Part shown: positions 58,687-64,000 of the stretch, one piece after another | How the letters are laid out: each line of letters starts with the position of its first letter | Numbering within the stretch: the stretch's first letter is position 1 | Assembly: GCA_051531975.1 (NCBI GenBank) | Contig: JAOPTT010000009.1 | Span: 416,001 to 480,000 of the forward strand | Reading direction: 5' to 3' | Length of the DNA stretch: 64,000 nucleotides | Source: Spirochaetaceae bacterium | Lineage (GTDB): Bacteria > Spirochaetota > Spirochaetia > DSM-2461 | The notes under the pieces: generated by a model | Told to the model about the DNA's origin: nothing | The model's database searches: none | What the model saw: the letters and a program-made list of their open reading frames with translations, nothing else | Position numbers and translations under genes: made by a program

Positions 58687-59789
58687 ATTTTACCTCTATT
58701 TTGTTTTGGAATTGAAAAAATTGCCTTTATAAACATTAGTGAATCTTTAATAATATTTATGTGTGAACCCTCTCTGTCATAACAAGTAACTGGAAGTTGT
58801 AAAACTCTAAACCTATATTTTTTCGCTAAATATAACATTTCTAAGTCTGCTGCTAATCCATTTTGTATATGCATATTATTAAGCAAAGTCTTAGCAACAG
58901 AACTTCGCATTCCCTTTAATCCTGTTTGTGAGTCTTTAACTCCATATGGTAACAACCCCTTAGTTAAAAAACGTTTTACAAAACTCATAAGTCTTCTTAT
59001 TGGTTTTCGATCCTCTGCAGTTTGGTCCTTAGTTCCAACAATAAAATCATAATAACCATCCTGGAGTATATTAATCATCTTTGATACATCTTCCATAATA
59101 AATGAATCATCACCATCGAGAAAAAAGATATATTCCGCATCTACATTTTTAATTCCCTCAATGTAAGTACCAGCTTTACGGGTATTAACAATTAGGTTAT
59201 GAGCAGAAAACAAAGGGCTCTTTTCAACTATATTGATCTCTTCATTTTTAGAGCTTACCATTTTGTTTAGAAGATTCAATGTGTCATCTTTACTTCCATC
59301 ATTTACAAAATATATTGATGAGTTAATAAATGAGTTTTCAATTAATCCTTGTAATTTTTTTGTTTGATTTAAAATATTCTGAAATCTTTGTTCTTCGTCA
59401 AATACTGAAACAATAATAGCTATGTCATGTTTCTTCCAAGGATATTCTGGGTGAATGAGACTTTGACTATTAAGTAAAACTGAAGCTTTAAATCTATCCC
59501 TATATTCTAAAACTCTTGTAGCACCTAACCCATTTACATGTTTCAATATTTTAGTATTTGTAGAGTTAGGATAATTAACCAATAATAAAATAGGTATAGA
59601 ACTATCCTTACTTCTAATTTCATTTGCAATACTAATAGAATCATCTTGATCAAATAAATCAATAATGACTAATAGCAGATTCTCAATAATATATGTTTTA
59701 TCCAAAAAGGTAGCTTTGTAATATCCTAATATTGATTCATACTCAATTGATCTTTTTTGGTCGCTGTAAACTCCAATTGCCTCGGTCAT
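58683..59789 (-). CDS. Degenerate receiver domain fused to a polyprenyl/dolichyl-phosphate glycosyltransferase (DPM/DPG-synthase-like GT2)
   Basis: N-term LLLVIIDL..SISIANEIRSKDSSIPILLLV; C-term IIVSVFDEEQRF, FVNDGSKDDT, FLDGDDS, DSQTGLKG, AADLEMLYLAKK. Confidence 0.75.
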   Translation of the reverse strand: MTEAIGVYSDQKRSIEYESILGYYKATFLDKTYIIENLLLVIIDLFDQDDSISIANEIRSKDSSIPILLLVNYPNSTNTKILKHVNGLGATRVLEYRDRFKASVLLNSQSLIHPEYPWKKHDIAIIVSVFDEEQRFQNILNQTKKLQGLIENSFINSSIYFVNDGSKDDTLNLLNKMVSSKNEEINIVEKSPLFSAHNLIVNTRKAGTYIEGIKNVDAEYIFFLDGDDSFIMEDVSKMINILQDGYYDFIVGTKDQTAEDRKPIRRLMSFVKRFLTKGLLPYGVKDSQTGLKGMRSSVAKTLLNNMHIQNGLAADLEMLYLAKKYRFRVLQLPVTCYDREGSHINIIKDSLMFIKAIFSIPKQNRGKI

Positions 59790-59840
59790 AATCTCTCCTT
59801 TTATAAATTATATTTCTTTTTATATCTTAAATATTAAAAT

Positions 59841-61043
59841 CTAAAAAATTATTTGTTGTAGCTTTAATACTAACTGAAATCCTAAGTCTCTAGTTTGGAT
59901 TTCTTCTATAACAGAAAATCCCTCTGGTTTTAGTACAGATATGTAAATTTCAAAAAGAGTATCTTCTGACCAAAGATTTTTCCACTTTAACCCACCTGAA
60001 AATATAGTTCCAATAAATGAGTCTTCTCTATCTTCAATGTCATATGTTTTAGCAGTAAAATGTGATGATGCACTTAACCAAATGTTAATATTATCTTTAT
60101 CCCATGATTGATTAAGTCCAATACTATTTAATCCGTAAATATTACCAGCCTCTTGATAGAGGTAGTTAAAATGAGAGCCATAATGAAATTCAAGATTCTT
60201 ATTATCAATAGATGTAAAGTTATAGTTATCTGTTATTTCGTCATTACTAGTTAGATGTGCACCAAGAATTTTCGTCTTAAAATTGAAATAATTAATTGAA
60301 ACTTCTTCCCTTATAGCCCATGTAGAGACTTCATCACGGTACGCTAATCCAACAAAAGTATTAGCCTCTACAAAATCTAAATTTATATTATGATTAACTG
60401 ATGGGTATATGGAATTAAAAAAATTAGAGTCCTGATACTCTATAGGGAGCCTAAACAAAACTTTGTTACTTTGTAAGTTTAGATCAATTCCTAATAAGTT
60501 AATTATTAAATTGTCATCATTATATTTTTCACTATTAAAATCGTATGAACCATCATCATTATAAGTATTAAATAAGCTATAAAAAATTCCTGAATAAAAG
60601 ACATCTAAAATATCAGATTTATAACCTAATTCACCCTGACCTGTTGTAACTGTTGTTCCAAATCCAAAGGGCAACGATGCATTATATTTCCCAAACTTTA
60701 TATAAAGTGGGGAGTCTTTATAATATCCTTGATAAAATGTATCTGCTTTTAATTGACCACTAAGTTCTCCATCTTTTCCAAAACTACCATCTAGACTGCC
60801 AAGAGAACCAAAAAGTTCTATATTTAATAAAAGTATATTTCGGTTATCAGTCCATATAAATTGTGCAGTTAAAGATGTTAATAATTTAGAAATAGGAGTA
60901 TTGTCAATTTCATTACCATCGTCATCATATATTAAATTAACTTCATCATAATTCTCATAAATTAATGCTGGTATACCACCAATTTGAACTTCAGAATATA
61001 ATCTTAAAGGAATTAATAATAATAAAATAATGATTTTTTTCAT
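59841..61043 (-). CDS. Putative outer-membrane beta-barrel protein
   Basis: Signal peptide MKKIIILLLLIPLRLYS; aromatic/Gly-rich alternating strands; ends LVLKLQQIIF. Confidence 0.55.
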   Translation of the reverse strand: MKKIIILLLLIPLRLYSEVQIGGIPALIYENYDEVNLIYDDDGNEIDNTPISKLLTSLTAQFIWTDNRNILLLNIELFGSLGSLDGSFGKDGELSGQLKADTFYQGYYKDSPLYIKFGKYNASLPFGFGTTVTTGQGELGYKSDILDVFYSGIFYSLFNTYNDDGSYDFNSEKYNDDNLIINLLGIDLNLQSNKVLFRLPIEYQDSNFFNSIYPSVNHNINLDFVEANTFVGLAYRDEVSTWAIREEVSINYFNFKTKILGAHLTSNDEITDNYNFTSIDNKNLEFHYGSHFNYLYQEAGNIYGLNSIGLNQSWDKDNINIWLSASSHFTAKTYDIEDREDSFIGTIFSGGLKWKNLWSEDTLFEIYISVLKPEGFSVIEEIQTRDLGFQLVLKLQQIIF

Positions 61044-62194
61044 TATTTATCAATCTCAATTGTTAATATTGTAATATCATCATCTATCTCTTCTGTTAGA
61101 TGACGATCATAAATAGATTTTAGGATCTTGGTATGATTTGAAAGATCATTTATATTTTCCTGGAGAATATTAATTAAATCATCTTCTGTATAAATCTCAG
61201 AACTATTTCCTGAAGGATATATACCGTCAGAACAGATAAAGATTTTTGAAGAAGGTTTAATTTCTATTGTTTCATTTGTGTAACTATTATCCTTTTCAAT
61301 TCCAAGTACGATATTATTATTTTCTATAATTGAAACACTATTATTATTAAGTATTATTGGTCTAGGCTGTCCAGAATTTGTGCAAGTACAGAGTTTATTG
61401 TCCAGATCAATGTATAGACATGTTAATGTTACAAAAAGCCCCGGATAAGGTTTTAAATAATCATAGAGTCTATTATTAAGCCATTGTGTAAACTTAATAG
61501 TTGAAAAGCTGTCGGTTTGAATATTTTTGAAATATTCAAAAGGAATTATTGATTTTAAAGCCATGGAGATAAATGCAGGTTGTATTCCGTGACCTGAGAC
61601 ATCCCCTAAAAGAACCACAATTTTCGTCTCTGATAATTTAAAAATATCATAGTAGTCACCACTGACACCAGTACTTATACAAGGTTGGTAAGTTACATTT
61701 ATTGTAATAGGAAGATCTTTTTTTATAGCATTATCCATAATAGTCTTTTGAAAATCCCTAGCCAAATGAAGCTCTCTTTTTATCTTCTCTTTTAATTCCC
61801 TATTCTCTTTTTTTATTAGAAAGTGATTCATTGCCTTTTTAATCTCTTCTTGCAATTCAATGTTTTGCCATGGTTTTCCAATGAAAGAAAATATCTGAGA
61901 TTTAATCATTTTCTCCATATCTTTCAAGTCCGAATGACCTGAGAGTATAATTGGGACAATATCTGGATATTTGTTTTGAATAATTGATATAAGTTCATTA
62001 CCGTTTAAATCAGGCATTCTTTGGTCAGATACAATGACACCAATTTCTTTTGAATAACTTTTTAGCTCCCTAATAGCATCTTTTGCGGAAGTTACCATAA
62101 TCGCTGTTATCCCTTCATCCCTAAACCAATTCTTTAGGCTTCTATTAATAGAGGTTAGAACATTTTTATCATCATCAATAAATAGTATATACAT
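61043..62194 (-). CDS. Response regulator with PP2C/SpoIIE (RsbU-like) phosphatase output
   Basis: FIDDD, VSDQRMP, KPW; ELHLARDFQ, VSGDYYD, GDVSGHG, CSDGI, DDDITIL. Confidence 0.92.
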   Translation of the reverse strand: MYILFIDDDKNVLTSINRSLKNWFRDEGITAIMVTSAKDAIRELKSYSKEIGVIVSDQRMPDLNGNELISIIQNKYPDIVPIILSGHSDLKDMEKMIKSQIFSFIGKPWQNIELQEEIKKAMNHFLIKKENRELKEKIKRELHLARDFQKTIMDNAIKKDLPITINVTYQPCISTGVSGDYYDIFKLSETKIVVLLGDVSGHGIQPAFISMALKSIIPFEYFKNIQTDSFSTIKFTQWLNNRLYDYLKPYPGLFVTLTCLYIDLDNKLCTCTNSGQPRPIILNNNSVSIIENNNIVLGIEKDNSYTNETIEIKPSSKIFICSDGIYPSGNSSEIYTEDDLINILQENINDLSNHTKILKSIYDRHLTEEIDDDITILTIEIDK

Positions 62195-62199
62195 CTGTA

Positions 62200-62961
62200 T
62201 TATCCTTCTATTCTTTCAAAAAGAATTAAAAACTTATATGGGTCTGATGGTCTTAATAATCTAATAAATATAACATAGTTATGTTCGGATATTTTTAACT
62301 CAAAATCTTTTTGATCTGCATTATTATGTGCCCCTGATTCTATATTTTTATACATTTCTTTAGAAATTATAGTTGTAATGTGATCCCCTATTACAAAGTT
62401 TTTTTCTAGCTCTTCTTTTGCATATTTATTAAAATTATCGATTATACCTTTCTCATTAATTGCTATTATTGAAATATTCACTTCATCGATAACTTGTTTA
62501 TCAAGAACAAGACTTGAATCTCTAAAGGATAACTTCATCTTAAGTCGGCGATTTTCTTCTAAAATTTGCTCAATATACTTTTTCTTTTTTACTTCAGATT
62601 CCCATTTCCCAATAGCCTGATTAATACAATCTAGCATCTCATCATAATTCCAAGGTTTGGAAATAAATCTAAATATTTCACCTTGGTTAATCGCATTTAT
62701 AATAGTTTCACTATCAGCGTATCCAGATAAAATAATTCGAATTGTAGCTGGGTAGAGAGTTTTTACTTGTTTCATTAACTCTAAACCATTCATTTCCGGC
62801 ATTCTTTCATCTGACAAAATGACTTTATAATTTCCCGCTTTAAGTAGTTCAAGAGCTTCATTCCCACTGTTACAGGTATCAATAGTAAATTTTTCTTTTC
62901 TAAACTGTCTTTTTATTGAGGATAATATCTCTTTTTCATCATCAACAAACAATATTTCCAT
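62200..62961 (-). CDS. Response regulator with coiled coil and C-terminal PAS-like domain
   Basis: FVDDE, LSDERMPEMNG, ILSGYAD, FRFISKPW; SIIAINEKGIIDNFNKYA. Confidence 0.85.
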   Translation of the reverse strand: MEILFVDDEKEILSSIKRQFRKEKFTIDTCNSGNEALELLKAGNYKVILSDERMPEMNGLELMKQVKTLYPATIRIILSGYADSETIINAINQGEIFRFISKPWNYDEMLDCINQAIGKWESEVKKKKYIEQILEENRRLKMKLSFRDSSLVLDKQVIDEVNISIIAINEKGIIDNFNKYAKEELEKNFVIGDHITTIISKEMYKNIESGAHNNADQKDFELKISEHNYVIFIRLLRPSDPYKFLILFERIEG

Positions 62962-63059
62962 TATTACCCCATAATGTAATTTTTATTTATTTCATCTTAT
63001 ATTTCAAGCAATTTATTTTTGTATTTGTATTTTTCTCACAGTTAAATAATAATTATATT

Positions 63060-64000
63060 ATGAAAAGTTTATTGAAAAAAATTACAATTTTATCTTTTTT
63101 TTTAATTCCACTGTTTGATTTAATATCTGAAACAAATGAATCATATAAAATATACTTAAATGCAGATATGAGTGGTTCTAAATTATCAGGGGAAGCAATC
63201 GAGATGGGAATTAATGTCGCATTATCCGAGGTGAACTATACAATAGGTGATCGCAAAATTGAACTTGTAATTAAAGATCATCATGGGAATAGTAGGCGTA
63301 GTTTAAAATATCTCGAAGAGTTTGCATCAGATGAGAATGCATTAGTTACATATACTGGGCTCCACTCATCTGCAATTATCAACAATTTTGATTATATAAA
63401 TAAAAATGGAATACCAATATTAAATCCATGGGCTGCAGCTGGTCCTATAAGTAGGAGTATTGATAGTCTTGGTAGAAATTGGATATTTAGATTATCAGTC
63501 GATGATACTAAAGCAGGAGAGGTTATTACTTCATATTCCCTCGATGTTGAGAAGTTTAAAAATCCTATTTTGTTACTTGAAAACACACCATGGGGTAAAT
63601 CAAATTATAAAAATATGAGAAAAGCTATAACATCAAGGGGTTTCAGAGATCCTGAAGTAATATGGTTTTCTTGGGGAATTAAAGAGATAGGTAGCAAACA
63701 AATTCTAAGTGATATATATAGTAAAAATAATGATGTTATTTTTTTTGTTGGTAATTCACCAGAGGGGATCGTCTTTTCTAGAGCGATGTCTCAGAGAGAA
63801 GAAAATAAAAGAATTCCGATAAGGAGTCATTGGGGTATTACTGGAGGGAATTTTTTTGAGAGTTTAGGTTCTAATATTATAACTAATAAAATAGATCTTA
63901 AATTTATCCAAACCTCATTCTCGTTTTTGGATAAACCTGGAACAGATTTCTCTATTAATGTTTTTAAAAATATAAAAAAACAATTTTCAAATATCAAAGA
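63060..64000 (+). CDS. Type-1 periplasmic binding protein (branched-chain amino acid/LivJ-like fold), runs off right edge; not in ORF track
   Basis: From ATG 63060: MKSLLKKITILSFFLIPLF...SGEAIEMGINVAL...KDHHGNSRRS...GLHSS...PWAAAGPI...NWIFRLSVDD...WGKSN...SHWGITGG; no stop before the edge. Confidence 0.8.
   Translation, partial: MKSLLKKITILSFFLIPLFDLISETNESYKIYLNADMSGSKLSGEAIEMGINVALSEVNYTIGDRKIELVIKDHHGNSRRSLKYLEEFASDENALVTYTGLHSSAIINNFDYINKNGIPILNPWAAAGPISRSIDSLGRNWIFRLSVDDTKAGEVITSYSLDVEKFKNPILLLENTPWGKSNYKNMRKAITSRGFRDPEVIWFSWGIKEIGSKQILSDIYSKNNDVIFFVGNSPEGIVFSRAMSQREENKRIPIRSHWGITGGNFFESLGSNIITNKIDLKFIQTSFSFLDKPGTDFSINVFKNIKKQFSNIK

Noticed and set aside
63392..63586. 64-aa minus-strand ORF in the track
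   Set aside because: Antisense to the open plus-strand binding-protein gene starting at 63060
1..64000. CRISPR arrays, tRNA/rRNA, riboswitches, IS elements, prophage or defence genes
   Set aside because: No regularly spaced repeats, structured-RNA signatures, transposase/integrase or phage motifs seen; intergenic regions are short. An Infernal/Rfam scan would be needed to exclude small RNAs

Overview
AT-rich (roughly 30% GC by eye), gene-dense bacterial chromosomal window, most likely from a free-living spirochaete (spirochaete-type STAS-Zn-ribbon gene, 'FAEGQKE'-type solute-binding protein, spirochaete-style lipoboxes). I found no rRNA, tRNA, CRISPR array or transposase. Main blocks: (1) 3.1-10.7 kb, a nine-gene translationally coupled redox operon: truncated RnfC/NqrA-like, degenerate RnfD/NqrB-like, intact RnfG/NqrC-, RnfE/NqrD-, RnfA/NqrE- and NqrF-like subunits, an octaheme HAO-family lipoprotein cytochrome and its own System II cytochrome c maturation genes. 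This is the best candidate for an undescribed system: an NADH-to-periplasm electron conduit feeding a reductive HAO-like enzyme. (2) 10.8-16.3 kb, copper (csoR-copA-small LECC protein-SHOCT) and arsenate (gapdh-arsJ) resistance. (3) 16.5-33.8 kb, chemoreceptors, TetR/CPBP protease, Cache-PAS histidine kinase, MacB/FtsX-type ABC system with a small unannotated membrane peptide, membrane-bound AraC, and a nonsense-interrupted STAS gene. (4) 34-45 kb, a sugar ABC/GH31 locus with a second SBP and a transmembrane AraC, followed by a desaturase-family gene. (5) 46-64 kb, a second candidate novel system: a surface-glycosylation locus (1488-aa GT-C-like protein, flippase, GT4, GT2, REC-GT2 fusion, beta-barrel) interleaved with a sigma54 activator, a sigma54-promoter-driven LruC lipoprotein, a REC-PP2C phosphatase and other receiver proteins. 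All family calls are from motif recognition by eye; no database search was run.
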